DNA of 64,000 nt from the NCBI GenBank assembly GCA_037146775.1, contig JBAWWL010000004.1, forward strand, positions 86,471-150,470, written 5' to 3'. The position numbers and the translations under genes were made by a program. The notes below the pieces were generated by a model, which was given only the letters and a program-made list of their open reading frames with translations, was not told where the DNA came from and made no database searches. Source of the DNA: Candidatus Omnitrophota bacterium (GTDB taxonomy: Bacteria > Omnitrophota > Gorgyraeia > Duberdicusellales > 4484-171). Positions 1 through 9,916 of the stretch are shown here, in pieces. Position 1 is the stretch's first letter; the number at the start of each line of letters is the position of its first letter.

Positions 1-18
1 GCGTAGCCATCATACACA

Positions 19-1848
19 TCAATCATTCTCGATAAATTTATTATTCCAGAGGGTTACATTTATCCATTTCCATATTTGCCTGCTTGCGTCTATCTGATTG
101 CGTATGTGCTTCTGATACATTTTAAAACACTGTTTCTGGTCGAAAAATGGGGATTTACGAAAATTATCCGAGTTTAAAATAGTAAGTATGAATTCTTTGA
201 ATCTGGGCTCCCTAAACCATTGCGCACCGGGATTATCGAACCCGATCTTATCTTGCCTATTTCTAATTTTCTCAGGTAAAATTTTTTTCATAGCTTCTCT
301 AAGAATCCATTTATTTTCTCCCTTTCTAATTATGAACGAACTATGGGAACTTAGGGCTTTTTCTACTATTCGATGATCCAAAAAGGGCACCCGCGATTCC
401 AACGAAAACCTCATTGCATTTCTATCTTCCCATTTAAGAAGATGTTCCAATTTGTGTTCGAAATGCTCTATAAGGCTGCTATTTAAACTTTGTGCTTGAT
501 ATAAAATATCCGGTATGGTTAAGTCTTGCCTAAATTGTGATAGAAATTCCAAAGATAGGCTGGTATTTTCTGACACCTTTATTCTCGATTTAATTTTCCC
601 GGACAACAAGAAGTATAAAAATGATTTTAGCCCAAATAATGACTTATGTCTCAAACAATAATAAAAAATTTCACTAAGGAGTGTGTTAAATTTTCTTTTG
701 CACAGTAATTCCTTAAAAAATGTGCCGAAAAAATAATGATACCCCGCAAAGATCTCATCCGCACCTTGTCCGTCCAATAAAACGACTGCGTGGGCTTGCG
801 CCAACTTCATTACCTCGTAATGCACAAAAGGGGCTATGTGCCCGACAGGCTCGTCTATATAGTAGATGAAATCGTGTATGTCGTTTAAAATGTTATCCGC
901 GCCTACATAGGTCTTATATAACCTTTGTCCTAATGCATCCTTAAATTCGTCGATATACTCACTTTCGTCACCGTATTTGTTTTTTCCGTAAACCGCGGAA
1001 AATGTTTGCAAATTATCTTTTTTTAATTCTTTCAGCAGTATGGAAACAATTGTGGAAGAATCTAGGCCGCCACTTAAACATATTCCCAGAGGAACATCGC
1101 TCCTCAAGTGCACATGAACAGAATTAATTAAATCCTCTTTCAATTCTTCGGGGCACGTATAACCTTTTTTTAAATTATCTCTCAGATTGTACCACCTGTT
1201 CATAGAGAAATTATCATCTTTTATTGATATTGTGTGGCCGTGCGGTAACTTTTTAATGCCTTTCAAGAAGGTATCCTCATCATAATCGGTTCGATTGAAA
1301 ACAAGATAGTTATACATTATCTTTTTGTTAATTTCTTTATTTTTTAAAATATGGCTGAAAGGTTTTAGTTCTGAGGAAAAGATAAAAGTATCTTCTGACA
1401 GATAATAATATAAGGGTTTTATACCAAATCTATCTCTGGCCAAAAATAAGTTTTTGTTTTCTATATCAAGTATGGCAAACGCAAACATTCCATTAAATTT
1501 ATCCAAACATCCCGGCCCCCATTCTATAAAAGAGTACAAGACAACTTCCGTATCTGTATTGGAAGAAAAACTATATTTTTGCCTTAGCTCTTTTCGTAAT
1601 TCTAAATAATTATATACCTCACCATTATAAACAATACAAAACCTTCTGTCCGCACTAAACATGGGTTGGTTGCCCTTATCGGTAAGATCTAGAATACTTA
1701 GCCGTAATGCGCCAAGACCCACATGACGGTCAATAAACTGCCCTTGGGCATCCGGGCCACGATGCTGGAGCGACTGAGACGTACGGTATAAGATTTCTTT
1801 ATCTACATCTTTCCCATTAAAATTAAACATTCCGTAAATTCCGCACAT
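19..1848 (-). CDS. asnB: Asparagine synthase (glutamine-hydrolysing), glycan amidotransferase type
   Basis: N-terminal MCGIYG (Ntn Cys), LARDRFGIKPLYY, LSGGLDSS PP-loop, LDGQGADE, ESRVPFLD. Confidence 0.93.
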   Translation of the reverse strand: MCGIYGMFNFNGKDVDKEILYRTSQSLQHRGPDAQGQFIDRHVGLGALRLSILDLTDKGNQPMFSADRRFCIVYNGEVYNYLELRKELRQKYSFSSNTDTEVVLYSFIEWGPGCLDKFNGMFAFAILDIENKNLFLARDRFGIKPLYYYLSEDTFIFSSELKPFSHILKNKEINKKIMYNYLVFNRTDYDEDTFLKGIKKLPHGHTISIKDDNFSMNRWYNLRDNLKKGYTCPEELKEDLINSVHVHLRSDVPLGICLSGGLDSSTIVSILLKELKKDNLQTFSAVYGKNKYGDESEYIDEFKDALGQRLYKTYVGADNILNDIHDFIYYIDEPVGHIAPFVHYEVMKLAQAHAVVLLDGQGADEIFAGYHYFFGTFFKELLCKRKFNTLLSEIFYYCLRHKSLFGLKSFLYFLLSGKIKSRIKVSENTSLSLEFLSQFRQDLTIPDILYQAQSLNSSLIEHFEHKLEHLLKWEDRNAMRFSLESRVPFLDHRIVEKALSSHSSFIIRKGENKWILREAMKKILPEKIRNRQDKIGFDNPGAQWFREPRFKEFILTILNSDNFRKSPFFDQKQCFKMYQKHIRNQIDASRQIWKWINVTLWNNKFIEND

Positions 1849-1857
1849 ATTTTTTAT

Positions 1858-2940
1858 TTATTTAAATTTAAGTTGGTATTGACCGTCTTTCTTCAGGACA
1901 GCAAAGCTTTCTGGATAATTTTCTACAAACCACACCATAAAAGCCGTGGTATCAATATTGTCTTCCATAATCTTTTCTTTTTTACCGCGCCATTTTTCTT
2001 TCAGAAAAGAATCGCTTAATATTTCTATCCCTTTTTGGATGGATTTCTCATATTCGGAAAAAGAGCTGCCAAAATTGAAAATCGTTCCGTACTTTTCTTC
2101 TTGTTCCCTTGTATAATCACGCCCCTTAAAATCCACATAAATTGCCGGGGTTCCTAATAGCGCTGCTTCCGAGGCAGTTTTTGCGCCTTCGGAATAAACT
2201 AGCGCAGCATGATACAGCGCGGCGTGCATTTTCTCGGGTGGGATTGTAATATTGAATTTGTCTAGGCATGACTCCGTCTTCTCTTCCGAAGAAATAAAAA
2301 CTTTGGCATATTTACTGAATTCTTCGACGCATTTGATTTTATATTTTAACGGCATTCCTTTATATCCAAAATCGTGGGTAGCATTTTGCGCGCTAAAACG
2401 TATTATTACAAATTTTTCTGATTCTTTTACTCCTAATTCTGCTAAAACGCTGCTGTCGACGCTGAAATATTTCGGGTGTAGATACGCCAATTCGTGATAC
2501 CCTCGATATGTTATATGTTTTTTACCCAAATTCAGCTTAAGGCTTTCCGGGGATAAAATAATATCCGTAAAGGGTTTATAAAGAAAGATCTGTTCGAGAT
2601 TGCCGGTGTCTTCCATCGATATATGCGGCTTTCGCATTAATTTTGAAACAAAAGCAAAAGCGATGGATCCATGGCTTAAAAATAAATCCGGGTGAAATCT
2701 CACTGAGAACTTTAGTGTTTTAAAAACGAATCTAAACAAACATGCGATTTTTCTCAAAAATCCAACACCGAATTTTCCTAATACGATATACTTACATCCG
2801 TATTTTTCTAATAAGTACGCTGAGCATCCTTTATCTCGCACGGTAAAGAAAACTTCATGCCCTTTTTTCTCTAAAGCCCAGGCAATATTCTTAAAAAGAT
2901 GCACGTGGGCAGGATGACCAATATCAATTAAAATTTTCAT
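1858..2940 (-). CDS. DUF354-family putative glycosyltransferase
   Basis: MKILIDIGHPAHVHLFKN, GYHELAYLHP and EAALLGTPAIY motifs. Confidence 0.8.
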   Translation of the reverse strand: MKILIDIGHPAHVHLFKNIAWALEKKGHEVFFTVRDKGCSAYLLEKYGCKYIVLGKFGVGFLRKIACLFRFVFKTLKFSVRFHPDLFLSHGSIAFAFVSKLMRKPHISMEDTGNLEQIFLYKPFTDIILSPESLKLNLGKKHITYRGYHELAYLHPKYFSVDSSVLAELGVKESEKFVIIRFSAQNATHDFGYKGMPLKYKIKCVEEFSKYAKVFISSEEKTESCLDKFNITIPPEKMHAALYHAALVYSEGAKTASEAALLGTPAIYVDFKGRDYTREQEEKYGTIFNFGSSFSEYEKSIQKGIEILSDSFLKEKWRGKKEKIMEDNIDTTAFMVWFVENYPESFAVLKKDGQYQLKFK

Positions 2941-2945
2941 CTACC

Positions 2946-3764
2946 TTAATATGTTGGGCTCATTGTGGCGATAGGCGTGAGGCCGGCGTATACCGGATAA
3001 CCCTCGCGTATTAATAACCTGGCTTCCGTGGGCAAAATGATATCAACCTGCGATCCAAAAACTATTTTTCCTATTTTATCGCTTCGCCGAACTAGCTGCT
3101 TTTCTTCTACACAAGTCTTTATTCTACGCACCATGCGCGAAGCTATCTGGATAACCCCTATGAGACGATTGCCGTTCTTTATGACAATGATGTTTCTTTC
3201 GTTTTGACTGCAGGAATCCGGCAACTTGAGTGACATAAATTTTCCCGCACAATGTTTTATGAGCACTATTTCTCCTTCTGTCGGTGCCCTATTTACATGC
3301 ACATCCAATATCGACATACTAATTCCAATAAGCCAGCAATCAGTATCTAATATGCTTGTCGCTGCGATTTCATCCAAACGGATATTGGCTTTTCCTTTTA
3401 TGGAGGTTGGGATAATGCCTTTTTCCACTTTCCGTATATATATTACTCTGCCATCTGCCGGAGAAACTATAATATTTTTATCGCCATGAAATTGCCTTTC
3501 AGGATCTCTGTAAAATCTCAGCAAAATAACACCGATTATGCTTATAAACAGGGCAAAAATGTTCAGGAAGAAAATCACGGTTGGATTACTGCCATGCATA
3601 ACTATCGCGATATCAATAATAGAGCTTACAAACACGGCAATGATGGCTTCCCGGTAAAAACAACTTTTTGGTAATTTTAATTTATTATACAGAAATAAGA
3701 AAATGAGAAATATGAACAAAACATTCGGAAAAACCAATAACCAATAGCTCACTGTCTCCTCCAT
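2946..3764 (-). CDS. Phosphatidylserine decarboxylase-family (pyruvoyl) protein with extra N-terminal TM helices
   Basis: FYRDPER, IVSPADGRV, DVHVNRAP, NER and FGSQVD self-cleavage motif; about three hydrophobic N-terminal segments. Confidence 0.85.
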   Translation of the reverse strand: MEETVSYWLLVFPNVLFIFLIFLFLYNKLKLPKSCFYREAIIAVFVSSIIDIAIVMHGSNPTVIFFLNIFALFISIIGVILLRFYRDPERQFHGDKNIIVSPADGRVIYIRKVEKGIIPTSIKGKANIRLDEIAATSILDTDCWLIGISMSILDVHVNRAPTEGEIVLIKHCAGKFMSLKLPDSCSQNERNIIVIKNGNRLIGVIQIASRMVRRIKTCVEEKQLVRRSDKIGKIVFGSQVDIILPTEARLLIREGYPVYAGLTPIATMSPTY

Positions 3765-4906
3765 ATTATATACGGCAGAAGCAAGGCGTACATCAAGGTG
3801 GGCAGCATATCGTCTTTTGAAAAGATTGCTATTTCTTTTTTAATTCTTAAAGAATTTATATATTCCTTGATACCAATGCGATGCCTTGCTAAACAATTTA
3901 TAAATATAAAAAAGTCGGTAAAAGGATCTACCCACCCCACGTTGGACAATTGATTAATTTTCGGAACCGAATCTTTACCTTCAAAATAATCTATTAACAT
4001 CTTTATAAGATTAATTTCTAATGCATGGGTTATAGAGTGCCACTTCCACGTGCGCGGATTAATTTCTAACAGTTTATATGTACCGTCTTCTTCGTCCCAC
4101 ATGAATTCTATTTCTGACAACCCGCAATAATTGATGCCCTTTAAAAATCTTATGGCGTTGTTTTCTATTTCCTTATTCAATACGCTAATAGCAAAGGTGG
4201 TGGAATTACCAAAATCCATAGGTCTTTGCCGTAGCCTGTTTACCACAACTCCTCCGATAGTTTTTCCATCAACAAAAAATGACCCGAAAGAATAAAGATT
4301 TTTTGCCCCACCGCCTATTATTCTCTGAATAATAATATCCTTGGCGCCTATAATATTTTCCGCTAACTTATAATTACGTACCAACTCTTCCCTGGTGCGG
4401 CAAGGCAAAACTTTTTTACCGACCTTATTAAACAGCTTAAACATGATTGCTGGTTTAATAATAACCGGATACCCTATTTCTTCGGAAAAGATTAAAGCCT
4501 CCTCTAAAGTATGGGGATAACGCGAATCAGGAAAATGGACACCTAATTCTTCGGCTTTTTTATAAGTAAGGATTTTATTAAAACAGGTTTCGGTGACTTC
4601 TTTTGGCGGTATAGAGATAAAAAAGCAATTATGCAGCGTGTCGTAGTTTTCCATCAAAAATCCTACCATCATATCGTTGGTTGGCATCAAAATAGTATCT
4701 TTTTTATCATTATATAATTTTGTTATTTGCTCAATCAAATCCTGATCGTTTTTAAATATAACTGTTTTCGTGCAATATTTAGAAAATCTCGCGAGAGATA
4801 ACCCGTGGTCGGTAAAAAGATTTATCTCTACGCCCAGTCTTCCGGCTATCTGCGCTACGCCTAACGCCTGGATATGATTGCCTAGAATAATTATCTTCTT
4901 AATCAT
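3749..4906 (-). CDS. ATP-grasp carboxylate-amine ligase (D-aspartate ligase-like)
   Basis: GYPVIIKPA, GLSEIEFMWD, YKLLEINPR motifs. Confidence 0.85.
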   Translation of the reverse strand: MIKKIIILGNHIQALGVAQIAGRLGVEINLFTDHGLSLARFSKYCTKTVIFKNDQDLIEQITKLYNDKKDTILMPTNDMMVGFLMENYDTLHNCFFISIPPKEVTETCFNKILTYKKAEELGVHFPDSRYPHTLEEALIFSEEIGYPVIIKPAIMFKLFNKVGKKVLPCRTREELVRNYKLAENIIGAKDIIIQRIIGGGAKNLYSFGSFFVDGKTIGGVVVNRLRQRPMDFGNSTTFAISVLNKEIENNAIRFLKGINYCGLSEIEFMWDEEDGTYKLLEINPRTWKWHSITHALEINLIKMLIDYFEGKDSVPKINQLSNVGWVDPFTDFFIFINCLARHRIGIKEYINSLRIKKEIAIFSKDDMLPTLMYALLLPYIIWRRQ

Positions 4907-5670
4907 CAGCTATTCCTGGCCTTCTGAAGTAACATTTTAAACAGATTTCGAATATTCTGACCAACGAACTCAACAGCCCAGCCGCACATATCGTCATTCC
5001 ATCTATTAGGATGAATATTTAACATAATACCATCCGGAAGCTCTCCTCTTTTCAGCGCGGACATAATTTCACAAGTATTATTGAATTTATAAGCGAACTT
5101 GGTGTTGACCTTATCTCTTATGTTCGCTGTATCAGCGTTCCAACTTCTTCCTGTGTCTGTGAGATAAAAAATTTTATTAAAATCCATGGAGATACATGTT
5201 TCTCCCATTATTCCTAAATCAATGAAATTATACTTCTCCCACAATTTTTTATTGTCCCATTTTGAAAACGGCGAGCCATGCGCACAAATTGTTTTTACCG
5301 CTGTAATGTTCTGGAATTCCCCCAATTCTTTCTTAAAAAGCTCGATAGCTTTTCCATAATTCCCGCCCGCCTTTGCCAAAACTTCGTAGTGATATCCAAT
5401 ATCGTGATTTAAATTATAAATTTCTTTTATAATATTTTCGTTAAACGTTTGTGGGTATCGAAAATAATAAGATGCAGATATACCCATTCTTTTTTCTGTC
5501 TGGGCTAATCGTAAAGCACTATGCATCCCCCTATCAACATCGTGCCTCAAAATGCAAGTTTTACCGGTATATTTTTTCTGCAGAAAATCTGAAACATTTA
5601 CAATCTGATAGCCATTGTGCAGCAGGCTTGTGTATAGTTCCATCAAAATTTTTACTGTGAAATCTAACAT
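4906..5670 (-). CDS. Polysaccharide deacetylase-like (CE4/NodB fold) protein
   Basis: CILRHDVD, HDIGYHYE, ICAHGSPFS and NIHPNRW metal-binding motifs. Confidence 0.75.
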   Translation of the reverse strand: MLDFTVKILMELYTSLLHNGYQIVNVSDFLQKKYTGKTCILRHDVDRGMHSALRLAQTEKRMGISASYYFRYPQTFNENIIKEIYNLNHDIGYHYEVLAKAGGNYGKAIELFKKELGEFQNITAVKTICAHGSPFSKWDNKKLWEKYNFIDLGIMGETCISMDFNKIFYLTDTGRSWNADTANIRDKVNTKFAYKFNNTCEIMSALKRGELPDGIMLNIHPNRWNDDMCGWAVEFVGQNIRNLFKMLLQKARNS

Positions 5671-5688
5671 TTCGTTTTCGTAAAATAA

Positions 5689-6681
5689 TTATTGGTTATT
5701 TAATAGCCCTAGCCAATTACTCCTTACCTTTTCCCAAGTAAAACTCATCACTTTTTTATACATATTTTCTCTAAAAGAATCGTACGTGTGTGGTTTTTCT
5801 AGAACGTTACATATATGTTCGCTCAATTTTTTATAATCACCTTTATCAAAAAATATACACTCATTATCGCCATACACGGTAGGCGTTCCGCCGCATCTGG
5901 CAGAGATAACCAGCATTTCAGAAAATCCAGCTTCAACAAGTTTCAAAGGGAAATTGTCGCCGAAGGACGTATTCAAGAGAACGCAACATTGTTGATATTC
6001 TTTCAATAATTCGGTACGCGGCAAAAACCCTTTAAATATTATCTTTTGATGAGCGTATTGTTTTTTCAATTTATCGAGGAGCGGCCCATTGCCAAAAAAA
6101 TAAAATTCTATGTCGTTTCTTTCTTTTAGAACCACTTCGCAAGCCTTGAGGGCCGTTTCAGGATCATACATAAATTGAAACGAACCAATCCAAAGAAATT
6201 TTTTGTTCCAATCAAAATTCTTTTCTCTTTTTGGAAAATTTCCGTAGTGGAAATGATACGGAATAAGATGGGTATTGAATTCGTATTGGTTAAAAATATC
6301 AAAAAGATACTTTGAGGCAACGGTTACCGGGATTTTTCCTAAAAATAGCCTGACCGTCGGGCCCCATCGATTCATGAACGGCCCGGGATAGCCTTCGTGA
6401 AAATCTACTATAACTTTTTTACGAAAAAACCTGGCTGCGATCACCCCCACAAAAATCGGCAAAAATCCGTAGTTGCTGCAACCCGCAGCCATAATTAAAT
6501 CGTATCTAGGGACGATTTTAAAAATATGCGCGATGCTTTTGATTCTATCTCTTATCCTACCGTGTGTAGAGGCAACGTCTACGCAAAAGCCTTCTTCCCT
6601 AAGGCTTCTCACCAATTCCTCAACGGCCCCGGAAAGACCTCCCCAATTAGACCTATAGTTCATGACCGTAAGTATCTTCAT
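5689..6681 (-). CDS. Glycosyltransferase family 4
   Basis: GT-B layout, DNFPLKLVEA (ExFxxxxxEA-like) motif. Confidence 0.85.
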   Translation of the reverse strand: MKILTVMNYRSNWGGLSGAVEELVRSLREEGFCVDVASTHGRIRDRIKSIAHIFKIVPRYDLIMAAGCSNYGFLPIFVGVIAARFFRKKVIVDFHEGYPGPFMNRWGPTVRLFLGKIPVTVASKYLFDIFNQYEFNTHLIPYHFHYGNFPKREKNFDWNKKFLWIGSFQFMYDPETALKACEVVLKERNDIEFYFFGNGPLLDKLKKQYAHQKIIFKGFLPRTELLKEYQQCCVLLNTSFGDNFPLKLVEAGFSEMLVISARCGGTPTVYGDNECIFFDKGDYKKLSEHICNVLEKPHTYDSFRENMYKKVMSFTWEKVRSNWLGLLNNQ

Positions 6682-8528
6682 CTACGCTCTTGGTGGAATA
6701 AGGCCATCCATAATCTTAAAGAAAAAATAGAAAAAAATCTAAAGTCTCCTTTAAGATTAATATTGTTTTCAAAACCTTTTATTAGTTTATCTGTAAAAAT
6801 TTCGTCGCCGTTGCCTATCTTGGATACATACTTTGTGACCATATCCTTGGACCATAACTCGGATCTAAAGGTATCGTTTCCTTTCAATCTGCGCCTTGCC
6901 CGCTCTTTTAAATACACTGGCCCAATCTTAAGCGCCTTCGCAATAAAAGGCAAAAGAAGCTCTTTAGGTTTATACCCTCTATCTGTAACTATGTCCCCCA
7001 GGACCGGATTAGCCATTTGAATAATTTTGGCATAAAATAATTGACTGTTTATGCGCGAAAAAATATCCGTTTCCCCTGCCCCTTTATACATTCCCAGAAA
7101 TGGCGTTTTGAAAATAAGTTCTAAAAATTCTTCGTCGAGATAAGGAGTTAATGTCTCGACGTAATGGCTTTCAATCCTTATTTCTTGCATAAAATACTTT
7201 CTTGTTGCTTCCTCTAAAAGGAAAATATAAAATCGAGCAAGCTTGTCGAATGATTCCGTCTTTTTGATATAGTGCTTTTCAAAGTCTTCCTTAATTGCGT
7301 GCGAATATTTATCAATAATATCTGCTCTTATATATCCCGTGTTTTTTAGTTGCCTTAAAATATCATTGAATTCCGCATCGAAGTTTTCAGACATAAAAAG
7401 TCTTATTGTTTCTGGGCTAATTTGTTCGGTAGAACGGGAAAAAGGTTTTAAAATTTCGCTGCCGAACAACCCTGTTATATTCACCCTGGAAAAATTACTT
7501 AATTGCGCAAATACATAGGGGAAGTTTGCCCGCAAAATAGGGGCAGTTCCGTCCGAAAAGTCTAATACTTTTAATGCGTAGTCTTCATAATTTTTTTCGA
7601 ATGCTTCACCTAAATGAATTGCCTTATAGTTTAGTCCCAATTTTTTGGAAATAAGTAAGGGTATCTCTATTTGCTTGCTGCCGGGCATACCATATGAGTA
7701 GCATAAAAAATCTTTTGGGTCTCTCTCAAGAAGTGCTAAATTTGTTCTAGAATCAAATCCGGCTGTTAATGAAAGCAGAAATTTATCCGCGTCTGACGTA
7801 TACACTCTTAAATTTTTCTTCATCAAATCACTGCACGCACATAACGCATCTTTTTCCGGAATAAGCTGATCTGCGCACAGCAAGTTTTCTGTGTGCCAAT
7901 ATTTTTGTACTTTTAATCCATTTTTATCAATTTTTAAAATTGACGCGTGGGATAGTTGTAAAATATCATTATAATATGTTTTATCAAACAACGGATAGTA
8001 GAATAGCGTGTGCTCTATCAGGGCTTTTTCGTTTAGTTTTGGTTGAATATCAAGAAATTTAAGTATCAGTTTCATCGAAGAAGAAAATATAAAATTATTG
8101 TCTTTATAATAATAAAATAAAGGCAAAGTATTTAGTTTACTGCTGACAAGAACAAGCTCTTTTATATAGTTATCATAAATGATAACGGTAAAATTTCCTT
8201 TTATGTAATGCGTCATACCCACATTACATTCTTTATACAACACAAACACATCGTTCATTGATAATTTTCTGGGGTTAACCGAGGTGAACTCATTGTGTTT
8301 CTTGCTAGAAAAGGCTGACCCAAATAAAAAAATAGAGAGATTGTCTTGGGACAAATAACAGCTCTCTGCCCGGGGCGCTGGGGCATAACTGATTTCTCCT
8401 TCGGAAAAAGTCGTTGTTGATATATTATTTTCTGGTATATCGGCACGGATACATTTTCTCGAAAAATTTTTTTCTCGATCGAACTTATTTTGTCTAAGAT
8501 TAATTATTCCTATAATGTCTGTTATCAT
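6678..8528 (-). CDS. Asparagine synthase-related ATP-dependent amide ligase lacking the N-terminal catalytic Cys
   Basis: PLFYY, LSLTAGFDSR PP-loop, ITGLFGSE, TPYLD; N-terminus MITDIIG instead of MCGIxG. Confidence 0.75.
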   Translation of the reverse strand: MITDIIGIINLRQNKFDREKNFSRKCIRADIPENNISTTTFSEGEISYAPAPRAESCYLSQDNLSIFLFGSAFSSKKHNEFTSVNPRKLSMNDVFVLYKECNVGMTHYIKGNFTVIIYDNYIKELVLVSSKLNTLPLFYYYKDNNFIFSSSMKLILKFLDIQPKLNEKALIEHTLFYYPLFDKTYYNDILQLSHASILKIDKNGLKVQKYWHTENLLCADQLIPEKDALCACSDLMKKNLRVYTSDADKFLLSLTAGFDSRTNLALLERDPKDFLCYSYGMPGSKQIEIPLLISKKLGLNYKAIHLGEAFEKNYEDYALKVLDFSDGTAPILRANFPYVFAQLSNFSRVNITGLFGSEILKPFSRSTEQISPETIRLFMSENFDAEFNDILRQLKNTGYIRADIIDKYSHAIKEDFEKHYIKKTESFDKLARFYIFLLEEATRKYFMQEIRIESHYVETLTPYLDEEFLELIFKTPFLGMYKGAGETDIFSRINSQLFYAKIIQMANPVLGDIVTDRGYKPKELLLPFIAKALKIGPVYLKERARRRLKGNDTFRSELWSKDMVTKYVSKIGNGDEIFTDKLIKGFENNINLKGDFRFFSIFSLRLWMALFHQERR

Positions 8529-8531
8529 TTT

Positions 8532-9788
8532 TTATAATTTACTTTTCCGTTGTGTCCTTGTTAATAACTTGCTTATTCTGCCAAATTTTCTTATCAAGAA
8601 GGAGCTTGTGTCTTTGCACCACGATAAAAAAGTATATAGCGGGTCCTCTAACATAAATACATCGAATACCTTTTTATAATTCGGATTGGAAATATAAAAA
8701 TATGGAAAAATAAACTCTTTTAGTGTAATCCTTTTTTTGGCTATGGCGCCAATCCCGCCCGATATATCTCCCGGTACCCTGAAACACTCAAAATATATAC
8801 ATTTTTTAGTTGTTACGCTTGTTGGTAAATTCAATAAATCCGCATAATAACCATAACCTATATCAAATCCGCTCCTAAAAAGCAGGTTGGAAAAACCGGG
8901 AAGTCTGGGGTTAAAATCAGTAAGAAAATAATCTTGTTCCTTTTTTGAAAAAATCCAGTCAAGATGCACAAAACCTTTCCAATGTAAATTATTCAACAAT
9001 TTTTTTGTCAATTCTTCAAGGCGGCGGTTACCGATAACTTTGCCGACATAAAGCCTGCTGCCAAAAGTACCGTCACTATTAAAACAGGTTCTTATTTTTT
9101 GTATGCATAAAACCCCTGCGCACTCGCCTCTCTTGTTATATAGACTCTCCGAACACCAAATATCTCGTATCCCACACTCTATAACCTCTTGGGTCATCAG
9201 CGAAGATTTCCTATATTTGTTTTGTGGCGAAGAAATTATATTTTCCATTTCTTTATAATTGCTTTCTAGATTATTTTTGTTTTCTACCTTCCTGTATATC
9301 CCTCCGGCAAGTCGCGTAGCTTTAATTATGCAGTTCTCCGAAAGTGCTTTCCAGCCTTTTTCGGTGTTTTCAATGGTATCAGCGAGAAAAGATTGCGGGG
9401 TATTTATCCCTATACTTTTACAATATGTATAACATTGCCATTTATCAAAAACTTTTTCAAAAGTATCAAGCTCCGCGATGTTCAAGGAATAGCCGCCATG
9501 TATCAATTCAGCTTGTGATTCCGAAATCAGTTCTGCACTAATGTCTCCCGAATAAATTAATACTCCCCGATAAGGTAAGTCCAGTAAAAATTTAATATAT
9601 TCTTTTCCTTTTTCAACCGACGGAGAAATCACGCTTTTGCTTACGAAACGAGATTTAAAAGCAGTGCTGTTAGAAACGGAACTAAGCGCGATGATTGGGA
9701 TTCTACGAATGCCGAAAGAAGCCAAAAGGCCTTCCTGGGAACGTAGTTCGGAATCGGCTAAAATAACCGGTATTGCTTCTTTTGTCAT
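8532..9788 (-). CDS. Second ATP-grasp carboxylate-amine ligase
   Basis: FDKWQCY, WKGFVHLDW, FLTDFNPRL motifs. Confidence 0.75.
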   Translation of the reverse strand: MTKEAIPVILADSELRSQEGLLASFGIRRIPIIALSSVSNSTAFKSRFVSKSVISPSVEKGKEYIKFLLDLPYRGVLIYSGDISAELISESQAELIHGGYSLNIAELDTFEKVFDKWQCYTYCKSIGINTPQSFLADTIENTEKGWKALSENCIIKATRLAGGIYRKVENKNNLESNYKEMENIISSPQNKYRKSSLMTQEVIECGIRDIWCSESLYNKRGECAGVLCIQKIRTCFNSDGTFGSRLYVGKVIGNRRLEELTKKLLNNLHWKGFVHLDWIFSKKEQDYFLTDFNPRLPGFSNLLFRSGFDIGYGYYADLLNLPTSVTTKKCIYFECFRVPGDISGGIGAIAKKRITLKEFIFPYFYISNPNYKKVFDVFMLEDPLYTFLSWCKDTSSFLIRKFGRISKLLTRTQRKSKL

Positions 9789-9916
9789 ATGGTGACCATA
9801 TTTTGTGTTTATCTGGTTCTTTTCTTTGTCTATCCCTGACTAGGCCGACATAACGCTTCGTACGTAATCTGCGCAACAGGACTATTTATATAACACATGC
9901 CCCTCTTTAGCGTCAG

